From an uncultured Verrucomicrobiae bacterium (lineage in GTDB: Bacteria > Verrucomicrobiota > Verrucomicrobiia > Chthoniobacterales > UBA10450): a stretch of 64,000 nucleotides of DNA. The notes below the pieces were generated by a model. It saw only the letters and a program-made list of their open reading frames with translations, was not told the origin of the DNA and ran no database searches. A program made the translations under genes and the position numbers. Positions 31,159 through 43,167 of the stretch are shown piece by piece. Position 1 is the stretch's first letter, and every line of letters starts with the position of its first letter. The stretch covers positions 576,001-640,000 of the forward strand of contig CAWFGO010000003.1 of the NCBI GenBank assembly GCA_963815455.1, read 5' to 3'.

Positions 31159-31848
31159 ATGCGCCACGCGTGCATCATTTGCTTCACGGCCTTGGCAACA
31201 TTGGTGCATGCCGAAGACATCAAGCTGCTTAACGGCACGCTTCTCAAGGACGCCAAGATCACGAGCTATGACGCGATCGGCGTCACGATCACTCACTCGG
31301 CGGGCATTGCTCGTGTTCCATTCGATGAGCTTCCCGCCGAACTGCGTCAGAAATTCACCTACGACCCAGAGAAGGCACACGCGCAAGCAGACGCAGAAGC
31401 GCGCGCTATTGCGCAGCGCGCGCAGGAACAACAGTCACTGCAAAACAACGCGGCGCACGAAGCAGCAGAGGCGCAATTAGCGCAGGAGTTGGATAAGGTC
31501 GCTGTGACCATCACAGGCAAAGTTCTGTCAGTTGCACCCGACGGCCTTCTACTTAGTCATGTTTCGGTCAAGGTTCCAGCGCTGAAAGATGTTGTAGTTT
31601 GGCGCAACCCACTGGATGGCTCCCCACGCTACGCGCGGGTTCCCGGCTTCGACACAATTCGCCCGGATGAGCCGATCTTTATTTATGGCGCTCACGGTTT
31701 GGTCGATGGAGACATTTATTCCGCAGTCGTTTACCCAGCGCCGCACTACTCATACGCTGCAGCGTCAGGCGCAGCGAAGACGGTTCGGGCGTTTGCGGCG
31801 TCAAAACAACTTTGCAGGGAACTGCTTCAGAATGAAGATGCCAAATAG
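31159..31848 (+). CDS. Cassette-encoded secreted hypothetical protein
   Basis: Signal peptide; stop codon abuts GTCTAAC. Confidence 0.8.
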   Translation: MRHACIICFTALATLVHAEDIKLLNGTLLKDAKITSYDAIGVTITHSAGIARVPFDELPAELRQKFTYDPEKAHAQADAEARAIAQRAQEQQSLQNNAAHEAAEAQLAQELDKVAVTITGKVLSVAPDGLLLSHVSVKVPALKDVVVWRNPLDGSPRYARVPGFDTIRPDEPIFIYGAHGLVDGDIYSAVVYPAPHYSYAAASGAAKTVRAFAASKQLCRELLQNEDAK

Positions 31849-31944
31849 GTCTAACCAGACGATGAAGCCAATTTGCCCCCTGCAAGAAAACCTCAGTGAT
31901 TTTGCCACGGCGCCCTCGCCTGGCTTATCTTTTTCTCGTTAGAT
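31849..31944 (+). other. attC site
   Basis: GTCTAAC...GGCTTATCTTTTTCTC-GTTAGAT, 96 bp. Confidence 0.88.
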
Positions 31945-32281
31945 GTTTAGGCGCAGCCTCAGACTTTTGTTCGCTATTGGGCTCCTCGTCGTCGGCCCAT
32001 CAGCGACAATCGCGAAGCCGAAGGAGTGGACCCAGGGCGAGGCCATCGCCGAGGCTCAGCACGATATTCGCATGCACCACATCAAGTTCTATTGGCACGG
32101 CACTATTGCGTCAGCGCCTGTTGGCGTACCCGATCAGTACGTCCGCATGGTAGATCGCTATCCGCATGCTGACGGCGGCATCGGCTGCATCGTTTATGAT
32201 CGCGCGCTCCGCGGCCGACAGCGAAAGTATTCAGAGAGATACAACAAACTCATGTTGTCTTATCTCCTACAAAAAAAGTGA
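31943..32281 (+). CDS. Cassette-encoded secreted hypothetical protein
   Basis: ATG overlaps the core site; signal peptide. Confidence 0.75.
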   Translation: MFRRSLRLLFAIGLLVVGPSATIAKPKEWTQGEAIAEAQHDIRMHHIKFYWHGTIASAPVGVPDQYVRMVDRYPHADGGIGCIVYDRALRGRQRKYSERYNKLMLSYLLQKK

Positions 32282-32297
32282 GTTTGGGCACGTCCAC

Positions 32298-32424
32298 ATC
32301 TAACAAATCGCTCGAGCCACCCGCTCTTTGGCGTTGCGCGTCGATGTCCATCTTGATTAATATGCCATCAACTGTAGCGCAGCCTCGCTGCCAGAGCAGT
32401 AGCTGAGCTCCGTTCTCGTTAGGC
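32298..32424 (+). other. attC site
   Basis: ATCTAAC...AGCTGAGCTCCGTTCTC-GTTAGGC, 127 bp. Confidence 0.88.
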
Positions 32425-32426
32425 CT

Positions 32427-32840
32427 ATGAAGCGTTACTCCACACTTGCCGTGCTCGTTGCTGCGACACTACTCGCAGGTTGCGCAGACGTATCCTCGAC
32501 ATCGGGCACATCGCAGCTTTCGCGGGAGCTCGTCGAGCGCAGCCTCATCAAGGGCAAGACCACGAAAGAGCAGGTTCGCGCACTTCTCGGAGAGCCGCAG
32601 TCAACGGTTTCCGGTGATTCCACCATTCCGGGCATGCCATCCGAGACGTGGACATACACTAAGACGTTTCGCCGCGACGCGATGAAGAAGGAAGGCGTCG
32701 CAGGCAGCTTCGCTCGGTATGCGGTCACTGGTAGTCTTTACGATCGCGTTGAGGTATCGGTGCTCATCGTCATGTTCGATTCGCGAGGTCGAGTTTCGGG
32801 CCACACGTTTTCTACTTCTCATGCGGGAGCGTCACAGTGA
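32427..32840 (+). CDS. Cassette-encoded lipoprotein (SmpA/OmlA/BamE-like)
   Basis: Lipobox LAGC; GKTTKEQVRALLGEP..WTY..FDSRGRV. Confidence 0.85.
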   Translation: MKRYSTLAVLVAATLLAGCADVSSTSGTSQLSRELVERSLIKGKTTKEQVRALLGEPQSTVSGDSTIPGMPSETWTYTKTFRRDAMKKEGVAGSFARYAVTGSLYDRVEVSVLIVMFDSRGRVSGHTFSTSHAGASQ

Positions 32841-32852
32841 TGCCACGAATAG

Positions 32853-32976
32853 GTCTAATCATCCAATGGAGCGAACGGCGGACCGGTGTACGCCCCACTT
32901 TGGAGATGACTTCCACCTCTTCACTACGAGCGACGCGTGGGCTCGCCCGCCGTCGCTCATCTTGTTCTCGTTAGAC
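32853..32976 (+). other. attC site with a degenerate inverse core
   Basis: GTCTAAT...CGCTCATCTTGTTCTC-GTTAGAC, 124 bp; arms closely resemble the attC at 4780. Confidence 0.85.
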
Positions 32977-32984
32977 ATCTCCTT

Positions 32985-33488
32985 ATGAATCCCGTAACTG
33001 AGCATAACCGTTGGGACAGACTTCTCGCTAAACTCGACCTCCCTGAGACCCGTTATAAAGCTGACCTAGAACTTTATGACAGATCGCAAGCCTTTTCGAG
33101 CGAGCTTCTGAAACTTGCCTTGGCTGGCATCGCAGTGATCGGTTTTCTCTTAGCCAACTTTCCGAAGGAGCGCTTGGAACACGTTTTAGACGATGCTTCC
33201 ATCAGGATTTTATTTTGTGCTTCCGTCGTAGCGTTCGCCCTATCTGTCGGCTTAGCCTTGCTTCAGCGTTTCCAAGCCGGTGGCGCGATGTTTCATCATC
33301 TCCATGTTATCAAGCTTTCTTCCTTGGAAGACGCCGCAGCGGAAGCAGAGATTTCTCACCACATGCGAATCCGAGAAAAGAGGTTTATGCGAGCTCATGC
33401 GCTACTGAAGAGCACGTCTTGCTTCTTGATTCTCGCCGCGGTCGTTGTTAGCGTCGCATTTATCCGAATGATGTTTCTTCACGTATAA
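32985..33488 (+). CDS. Cassette-encoded 3-TM membrane protein
   Basis: 167 aa after GTTAGAC; followed by a possible decayed inverse core GTCTCAT. Confidence 0.75.
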   Translation: MNPVTEHNRWDRLLAKLDLPETRYKADLELYDRSQAFSSELLKLALAGIAVIGFLLANFPKERLEHVLDDASIRILFCASVVAFALSVGLALLQRFQAGGAMFHHLHVIKLSSLEDAAAEAEISHHMRIREKRFMRAHALLKSTSCFLILAAVVVSVAFIRMMFLHV

Positions 33489-33543
33489 GGTCTCATCAGA
33501 CATCCCAGGCACGTCCAAAACGGGGAAGCGCGGAGTTGTGCCT

Positions 33544-34101
33544 TTAAATTAACTGCGCGCTGTACTGCGGATCACGCCTGATGATTTTCAGCTGATAAAG
33601 GCAGGCCGAGACTGTGTTCCAGCACTTCTCTCGCTCTGTATTAGCCCGCCACTTTCCAAGCTCAACACTCGTTCGATTTCCAATCGGGAAGGGGCTTTCT
33701 CTTCTTGCCGTAGGATCAGTGGAAATTCCTTTGAAAACGTGAACACAGTCGGGCGAATGATCGCGCAGTTCATCGAGCGTCTGCTTTATCAACCGGTGAA
33801 GTTTTTTTGGCGTGGTTCTTTTGTCGCTACCGTACCACTTCTCCAGTTTTTCAAACTCAGACACTAGATCGTTCAGTGCCTCCATGCGCGTCTTTCCGGT
33901 CAAGGCTTGATAACGCTTGTCGGCTTTCGACCATACCCGATAGGACCCCGCGACAAAGCAAGCTGCAGAGGCAATTAACAAAGCAGTTTTAGCTTGTCCC
34001 TGAGAAGGGGGGTGCAGAGTCACCCAAAAGAGAAATCCGACAGAAACAATACCGCTCATCGTCGTGATCCAATCTTCAAACCATGCGGCGAAAAAGCGCA
34101 T
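33544..34101 (-). CDS. Hypothetical 2-TM protein
   Basis: Long ORF with two N-terminal hydrophobic helices. Confidence 0.6.
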   Translation of the reverse strand: MRFFAAWFEDWITTMSGIVSVGFLFWVTLHPPSQGQAKTALLIASAACFVAGSYRVWSKADKRYQALTGKTRMEALNDLVSEFEKLEKWYGSDKRTTPKKLHRLIKQTLDELRDHSPDCVHVFKGISTDPTARRESPFPIGNRTSVELGKWRANTEREKCWNTVSACLYQLKIIRRDPQYSAQLI

Positions 34102-34213
34102 GCGGGAGCGTAGCGGAAGCTGCTTCGAAATACTAGATCGCTTCGTTCTCGGCTTGCCAGTTTTGTCCCCGTTGGTTTTGATTGTTGCCTGAAACGACAG
34201 ACCGGAGGGACCT

Positions 34214-34663
34214 ATGAGCCGCCGCACTAAAACCAAACGAATCGAGCTCGAACGTGCCCGTAACGCGGTGGCAAAAATTTGGTTCTGGGGCGCGGGCCTT
34301 CTCGGGCTCCTGGTGATATTGCAATCGATTATCGGTCGGTTCGAGGGGTTTACTCAGGATTTTCTGGCCTGGTTTACGCCCACCCTGGCTCCGGCACTGG
34401 GCCTGATCATCGGGATAATCATCAGCACCGCGCAGGACGACGATACCGGCCGGACCGTGAAACAATTCTTTTATCGCGCCGCCCTCGGATTGTCGGTTGT
34501 CTATCTGGGCACTTTGCTACTGACACTGCTGTTGGAACCCGTTGCCTGGATTCACGACATGAAGTTTTACAATCTGTCGAACTACTGGCTCGGACCGATC
34601 CAGGGATTCGTGGTCGCGGCGCTCGGCGCGCTGTTTAATTCGCGCAAGAAGACCGATGTTTGA
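34214..34663 (+). CDS. Hypothetical 4-TM membrane protein
   Basis: 149 aa with four hydrophobic segments; GGAGG upstream. Confidence 0.75.
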   Translation: MSRRTKTKRIELERARNAVAKIWFWGAGLLGLLVILQSIIGRFEGFTQDFLAWFTPTLAPALGLIIGIIISTAQDDDTGRTVKQFFYRAALGLSVVYLGTLLLTLLLEPVAWIHDMKFYNLSNYWLGPIQGFVVAALGALFNSRKKTDV

Positions 34664-34698
34664 TTCGGTTTAACGACTGAAGGTGGCGGCAGCGGCGA

Positions 34699-35913
34699 TT
34701 AATGCCTGCCCAAAGCGGCGAGGAACCCCGCTTTTTCCAAATGCGTTTTGGCGCCAATCGAGGTCGGCTTTACAAACTCCGGCTTGCCGTTTCCGACCCA
34801 GCGAAACTGATAGACCAACGCCGTGCATTCGTAGGCGTCGGTATATTTAAGGTTGCCGATCTCTTCGGGCAGCGTGTTCATGCCACCCGAAACCCAGGCG
34901 CCGGCTTCGTCGCGTGTCACTTCCACGTCTGTCTGCGAAAACGGATGCGGAGTAACCACGAACACAATCACGCGATATTGACCGGGTCGGGCGTGGAACA
35001 ACGCGTTCAGATATGCGCTCAGCGAAAAATCTTCCATCGGCTCCACGTCCAGCGACCAGCGATCGGCCGCCGGCTGCCACGGAGCTCCATCCGGACGCAT
35101 CCGCTCGATATGGGTGGCCATGGCAAAGCCGTCGGGCACCGCGTGGTAACTTATTTCCGGATACTCGCAATCGTCGAACGCCTCTTTCAGCGCGCTCTGC
35201 ACGTCCTTCAACAATGGCTGCGAACGGTCGCCCACTAACAAATTTCTCGGGATCACATAAAACGTCGATGCCCTTGGGGGCGGAAACGGAAATTTGGAAA
35301 CTTGCGGCTCGGCAGGTTCCCCGGCGCCGGGAGTCATATCGCTCACTGCCGCGATCGTGGCCGACGGCCGCGCGATTGCCTTGTGCCGCCTTCCGCCGGG
35401 GTGCGGAGAAGGACTGGGGTGATATGCGAGACCTCGTCCCCCGCCCGTTGGCCCGGCTCCGCCCGCCGGTTCTCCCGGGGTAACCGCAGGGGTTGGCGCA
35501 GCTCTTATGGAGGCAATCGCTCGCGAGGGCGCATTCGCGGTTGCAGTTGGATTATAGGAAAGGCGCTGGCCCCGGGGGCCTTCACAAACAAGGCCGTTGA
35601 TCGTGAGCCGCACGTTTCTTGGCCCATCGACTTCGGGCACCAGTTCAAAGAAACGCAGTTTGCGCGCGCGTGGCCCGATCTTGATGTCGAACCCAATCGC
35701 TTCTCCGGTCGCAGCATCGACAAGTTCGATCAGGCGGCGGTTCCTCAACGCGGGCGAGTTCGGATTGATCGCCGCATTTTCACCTAAGGGCTCGATCCGC
35801 AATAACCATTCGTCGTGCGACCTCACCCAGCTCGCCCTCAAGTTTACATCAGCGGCCCAAGCAGTCGTCGCCGACAGGATAATCATCGCAATCAGCCCGG
35901 CACGGGAGTTCAT
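34699..35913 (-). CDS. Secreted two-domain hypothetical protein with a Pro/Ala linker
   Basis: Signal peptide, low-complexity linker, globular C-terminal domain. Confidence 0.7.
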   Translation of the reverse strand: MNSRAGLIAMIILSATTAWAADVNLRASWVRSHDEWLLRIEPLGENAAINPNSPALRNRRLIELVDAATGEAIGFDIKIGPRARKLRFFELVPEVDGPRNVRLTINGLVCEGPRGQRLSYNPTATANAPSRAIASIRAAPTPAVTPGEPAGGAGPTGGGRGLAYHPSPSPHPGGRRHKAIARPSATIAAVSDMTPGAGEPAEPQVSKFPFPPPRASTFYVIPRNLLVGDRSQPLLKDVQSALKEAFDDCEYPEISYHAVPDGFAMATHIERMRPDGAPWQPAADRWSLDVEPMEDFSLSAYLNALFHARPGQYRVIVFVVTPHPFSQTDVEVTRDEAGAWVSGGMNTLPEEIGNLKYTDAYECTALVYQFRWVGNGKPEFVKPTSIGAKTHLEKAGFLAALGRH

Positions 35914-36016
35914 GGACAAACCATCTAACCAATCCGGCAAAAGATGTCGATCCTTTTGCGCACAAAATCGGATCTTACGCGACGCGACCGAAGGAGTTCG
36001 GGTATTTCCTTCCGCT

Positions 36017-36253
36017 TCATCGGCCGGCCTGGGCGTTCTTGCCGGAATCGAATTGAAAGACTTCTTCCAACGGCTTGCCGAAGGCGGCGGCGATTCGAAA
36101 GGCCAATTCAAGCGACGGCGAATATTTGGCCGCTTCGATGGCAACAATGGTTTGCCGAGTCACGCCGGATTGTTCGGCCAGGTTTTGCTGGGTCATTTCC
36201 CCGGCCTCAAACCGCAACCGCCGGATGTTATTGCGGATCGTGGGATGTTTCAT
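36017..36253 (-). CDS. XRE-family HTH regulator
   Basis: MTQQNLAEQSGVTRQTIVAIE..YSPSLELAFRIA. Confidence 0.93.
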   Translation of the reverse strand: MKHPTIRNNIRRLRFEAGEMTQQNLAEQSGVTRQTIVAIEAAKYSPSLELAFRIAAAFGKPLEEVFQFDSGKNAQAGR

Positions 36254-36256
36254 GAA

Positions 36257-36742
36257 TCAACGTCCGCGTCGATAGGACACGACTTGCGTGCCGAATCGCA
36301 CCGTTTCACCCAGGATAAAACAAAACAACACCAGTTGGCTGATCAACAATGGCGTGATCGCCAGACCGGCTGCCTCTTCCCCGACAGCAGCCACAGACCA
36401 AACAATCCAGCCGGCCATGAAAACGAGCGAGCAGAGAACAAAATAGGCATTCTTTGCCGCTCGCGCTTCGATCGCCAGATCGCGCTCGTCTTTTGGTTCC
36501 TCTTTGGAATGGATGGCAATCGCGACGGCGGCCACGATCTGAATGGCTACTTGAACGACCACCGCGCCGATAAACATCCCCAGGACGCGGCCGGCGGTCA
36601 GTTCGTTATGCCGAAACAATTGGAGCACATGAGCAAAATAAGGGACCCAGACCAAAAGGGTGATCAGGAAGCAAGCCCAGGCAGTTTTCTCGCGGAATGA
36701 AGTAATCTCCCGATCCGACTCGGTTGTAACAGTAGTTGTCAT
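36257..36742 (-). CDS. Membrane protein (DUF2178-like)
   Basis: 4 TM segments with DERDLAIE..A; paired with the XRE gene. Confidence 0.8.
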   Translation of the reverse strand: MTTTVTTESDREITSFREKTAWACFLITLLVWVPYFAHVLQLFRHNELTAGRVLGMFIGAVVVQVAIQIVAAVAIAIHSKEEPKDERDLAIEARAAKNAYFVLCSLVFMAGWIVWSVAAVGEEAAGLAITPLLISQLVLFCFILGETVRFGTQVVSYRRGR

Positions 36743-36748
36743 GGAATC

Positions 36749-36789
36749 AGTGTATACGATACCCGACACAATGTCAAATATACTTTACA
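36749..36789 (-). promoter_or_regulatory. Sigma70-like promoter overlapped by two TGT-N12-ACA operators
   Basis: TTGACA-N17-TACACT ending 6 nt before the ATG; 18-bp boxes at 36751-36768 and 36772-36789. Confidence 0.75.
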
Positions 36790-36870
36790 TGTTTTCTTTC
36801 ACCTATTCTGCACGTGATCCAAAAGAACACCGCTTCGCGCGACCACATCGCGCATGCCATCATCGGCTCC

Positions 36871-37250
36871 GATCAGAAGAATTTCGCCCACTAAACACAC
36901 GAAAAAAACGAAATTGGAAATCCTTCTGCCTCTCCTCTTTTAGTGCCTTTCGTGTGTTTCGTGGGCCAACCTCTTCCTCGATTTAACCCGAGAGCCGTTC
37001 GCGCTTCGACTCTTTGTCCGGTTCATAGGATTTGCGCAGGCAAACGATTTCGCCAGCGCCGATCAGAAGAATTTCGCCCACTAAACACATGAAAAAAACG
37101 AAATTGGAAATCCTTCTGCCTCTCCTCTTTTAGTGCCTTTCGTGTGTTTCGTGGGCCAACCTCTTCCTCGATTTAACCCGAGAGCCGTTCGCGCTTCGAC
37201 TCTTTGTCTGGTTCATAGGATTTGCGCAGGCAAAAGATTTCGCCAGCGCC
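36871..37250. repeat. Tandem duplication, 2 x 190 bp
   Basis: 36871-37060 and 37061-37250 differ at 3 positions by my reading. Confidence 0.95.
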
Positions 37251-37284
37251 AGAACTTCTGGGATCCACCGTCACGCTAACTTGT

Positions 37285-40446
<3,162 letters not shown>

Positions 40447-40488
40447 GGGAGCGCCTAATATCGCCGAGATTCTCTCACTATCAATCAG

Positions 40489-40582
40489 GTAGGGACGGAT
40501 CTCCGAGCCGTCCGACTTGTTTCTTGAAAGCGACGGACGCCCTCCATTCGACTGCGCTCAGGACAGTCCGGCGCGTCCCTAC
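40489..40582. repeat. GTAG-type REP doublet with a nested repeat
   Basis: GTAGGGACG...CGTCCCTAC containing CCATTCGACTGCGCTCAGGACA. Confidence 0.75.
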
Positions 40583-40603
40583 TTGTAGGAACGTTGTAGA
40601 GCC

Positions 40604-40920
40604 TCACTCAGGAACGCCAGCGCGAGAGAACGGGTAGTATATTCGCGCTACCTGTCCGCAGATATTTGCCGCAGGAACGCAACCCCAGTAGCGGCTATCC
40701 GCGCTATTGTAAGAATTGTCGCCAAGGACAAAGTAGCTGCCTTCAGGCACTCGAAATTCCTGGTCCGGTCTCGTGAGATACTCGCGACCGAGAGCGTATC
40801 CCTTATAGGCCCGACTGCAGGCGGAGAAGATTGTGTTACCTCGTTCATTCGACCGCGCAACGTAGTTAGACGGATGGTTCCGTGTAAAGGATAACCAAAT
40901 ATATCTTCCCGCGAACCGCT
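40604..40920 (-). pseudogene. C-terminal fragment of signal peptidase I (S26)
   Basis: YFVLGDNSYNSADSRYWG is present; no catalytic Ser/Lys boxes are visible. Confidence 0.7.
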
Positions 40921-40938
40921 CGAGGTAACGCCGCAGCG

Positions 40939-41310
40939 TTAACGAAACTTTTCGAGGAAGCCGAAATCCTCGTCTTCGTAATCGATCCCGGCGCCGTGAA
41001 CGAAGGCGCAGGCGGCGATGACACAGTCCGACGACGGAACTGGATTTCCGGCCTTGCGACACGCTGAGGCCAGCAGTCTGGCCCGGCTCCAAACGGCCTG
41101 ATCGATGGGAAGCGAAACTAGCAGCGCAGCGAGATCGGTTACGTCCTCTTGGTCCCGTTTGGAAGCTACACCCATCCAGAGCTCGACTTCCACCATGTCG
41201 CAGATTGCCGCGTCCCCACGAAGCAGGATGGAATTCACCCGATCCTTGACCGTTTGCTCACCCTTGCGCCGGAGCAGGTGGACAAGGCTGGAGGTATCAA
41301 GGAGCGTCAT
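40939..41310 (-). CDS. vapC: PIN-domain toxin
   Basis: LLDTS, E, DCVIAACA and DEDF. Confidence 0.9.
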   Translation of the reverse strand: MTLLDTSSLVHLLRRKGEQTVKDRVNSILLRGDAAICDMVEVELWMGVASKRDQEDVTDLAALLVSLPIDQAVWSRARLLASACRKAGNPVPSSDCVIAACAFVHGAGIDYEDEDFGFLEKFR

Positions 41311-41567
41311 CGCACCGAGGTGGTGTTTGTTTTGCCAAGAGCCCGTCTGCGCAGCGCGCGCAGTTCTTGAGGCGACATGAACGTCTCCGAGCGACCTAGG
41401 CGCTGGGTGAGCTTGCGCAAGCGCTCGCGCCGGTTGAACTCTTCCAAGGCTCGCATCACTGCGCCGCGCTTGGTCGTTTCTCCAGCGGCCTTCATGGCTT
41501 CCGCCAAAAGCCTTTCGGGAATATCTAGTGTGGTCTTAATGCTGTATAGTTTACACAAGTCTTCCAT
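41307..41567 (-). CDS. vapB: VapB-type antitoxin (start uncertain)
   Basis: KTTLDIPERLLAEAM...TKRGAV..ALEE; 4-nt overlap with vapC. Confidence 0.85.
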   Translation of the reverse strand: MEDLCKLYSIKTTLDIPERLLAEAMKAAGETTKRGAVMRALEEFNRRERLRKLTQRLGRSETFMSPQELRALRRRALGKTNTTSVR

Positions 41568-41658
41568 ACTATGCAAGCTCTGAGTGCATATCCGGGGCAA
41601 TCGCTCGTCCTGGTTTGAGTCTGTTGTAAGCGCCGGTTTTACCGCTACAATCGGCCCC

Positions 41659-42072
41659 ATGAAGAAAATCATTTCCACCAGCGAAGCTCCGGCTGCCATC
41701 GGTCCCTATTCCCAGGCCGTGCGGGTCGGTTCGACGATCTTTTGCGCCGGTCAGATCCCACTCGATCCAAAGACCGGCCAGATTGTCGATGGCGGGATCA
41801 CCGAGCAAACCCAGCGCGTCATGAAAAATATCAGCGCAGTTTTGAAAGCCGATGGCCTGACTTTCGAAAACGTGGTTAAAACGACGATTTTTCTGATCGA
41901 TTTTGCAGATTTCCAGACGGTGAATGAAATCTATGGCTCCAACTTCAAGAGCGATCCTCCGGCCCGCTCGACGGTTCAGGTGGCCGCGTTGCCAAAGGGC
42001 GCTCGTGTTGAAATCGAAGTCATCGCTGTGGCCGGCAATGGCGAGAAAACCGCCAGCGACACATCCGGCTAG
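41659..42072 (+). CDS. ridA: RidA/YjgF family deaminase
   Basis: APAAIGPYSQA, PPARSTVQV and VEIE. Confidence 0.93.
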   Translation: MKKIISTSEAPAAIGPYSQAVRVGSTIFCAGQIPLDPKTGQIVDGGITEQTQRVMKNISAVLKADGLTFENVVKTTIFLIDFADFQTVNEIYGSNFKSDPPARSTVQVAALPKGARVEIEVIAVAGNGEKTASDTSG

Positions 42073-42102
42073 GATCGACATGGTGGACACGCGATTTCTG
42101 CT

Positions 42103-42253
42103 TCTGGGGAGCGCACGCGCCTCGCGTGCTGGCGAAGGCGCCCTCGCCTTCGCGAACTTTTTCTCATCCAGCGCGTTGGAAGTAATAATTGCATCTGAAT
42201 CGTTTCGGCGAACGCGCCGAAACCCGCACGCGAGGACGCGTGCGCTCCCCAGA
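42103..42253. repeat. REP-like inverted doublet
   Basis: TCTGGGGAGCGCACGCG...CGCGTGCGCTCCCCAGA. Confidence 0.88.
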
Positions 42254-42255
42254 TC

Positions 42256-42822
42256 ATGAGCGAAGATTTGCTCGCGCTTTTTCGCAAGACCGGCGCGTTG
42301 CTCGACGGGCATTTCGTTTTGCGCTCCGGATTACATAGTAGGCAATATTTTCAGTGCGCAATCCTGCTGCAGCACACCGAGATCGCCGCGCGCGTTTGCA
42401 CCGAGCTCGCCAATCGATTGCGCGCATTCGATTGTGACACAGTGATCTCCCCTGCTCTGGGCGGAATCATTGTCGGGCAGGAAGTCGGCCGTGCCTTGGG
42501 TAAACGCCATATTTTCGTCGAGAAAGAAGCCGGCGGGCTCGTATTGCGTCGCGGGTTTAAGATCGACAAGGGCGAAAAATTCATTGTTGCCGAAGACGTG
42601 GTCACGCGAGGCGGACGCGTCCAGCAGACGACCGACATCGTCCGCGCGCACGGCGGCATCGTTTCGGCAGTCGCCGTGATCGTCGACCGAAGCGGGGCGC
42701 ACAAGCCAGGTTTCGGCTGCCCATTCGTCAGTTTGATCGAGATTGAAATGGAAACATTTGAGCCGGACAAATTACCCGCGGATCTGGCCCGCATTCCTGC
42801 GATCAAACCGGGTAGCAAATAA
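42256..42822 (+). CDS. pyrE: Orotate phosphoribosyltransferase
   Basis: GHFVLRSGLHS and the PRPP motif VAEDVVTRGG. Confidence 0.93.
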   Translation: MSEDLLALFRKTGALLDGHFVLRSGLHSRQYFQCAILLQHTEIAARVCTELANRLRAFDCDTVISPALGGIIVGQEVGRALGKRHIFVEKEAGGLVLRRGFKIDKGEKFIVAEDVVTRGGRVQQTTDIVRAHGGIVSAVAVIVDRSGAHKPGFGCPFVSLIEIEMETFEPDKLPADLARIPAIKPGSK

Positions 42823-42880
42823 CTCCCACGTCCTCGAGGCTTACTGCACTGAACTTCGGGCTCCGAAAAACGGTTGAGAA

Positions 42881-43060
42881 TCAGGCCTGTTCCAGCTTCG
42901 CGAGCAAACGTTCGCTGTAACCATCCTTGCGAAGCTTGTCGTAATCGATGCGACCTTCTTTCTTTAGCATCTCCTCTTTGAGGGCGCGCAAAAGATTTTT
43001 GGAGGCGTGATCCAATAACTCGGGCTCGGATTTTGCGCGTCGCTTCGCTGCCGCTTTCAT
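42881..43060 (-). CDS. 59-aa small hypothetical protein (absent from the ORF track)
   Basis: MKAAAKRRAKSEPELLDHASKNLLRALKEEMLKKEGRIDYDKLRKDGYSERLLAKLEQA. Confidence 0.6.
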   Translation of the reverse strand: MKAAAKRRAKSEPELLDHASKNLLRALKEEMLKKEGRIDYDKLRKDGYSERLLAKLEQA

Positions 43061-43167
43061 GAGCCCAAACTTGGCCTAATTGGACTGGATATTCAATGCC
43101 GATGTCTTGACGGTAGAGGCGGCACTTATAATCTCAAGCAACCACGAAATTACGCAGCGCTCAATTT

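Larger units (their letters stand above)
31150..33500 (+). mobile_element. Integron gene-cassette array without integrase in the window (CALIN-like), array 2
   Basis: Cores GTTAGAC 31150, GTTAGAT 31938, GTTAGGC 32418 and GTTAGAC 32970; inverse cores at 31849, 32298 and 32853. Confidence 0.88.

Noticed and set aside
32937..32984. N-terminal extensions and small ORFs read through attC or repeats ([32 protein letters not shown])
   Set aside because: They translate repeat DNA; better starts lie just downstream
40865..40871. GTTAGAC as another attC core
   Set aside because: No TTCTC prefix, L boxes or partner arm at attC spacing
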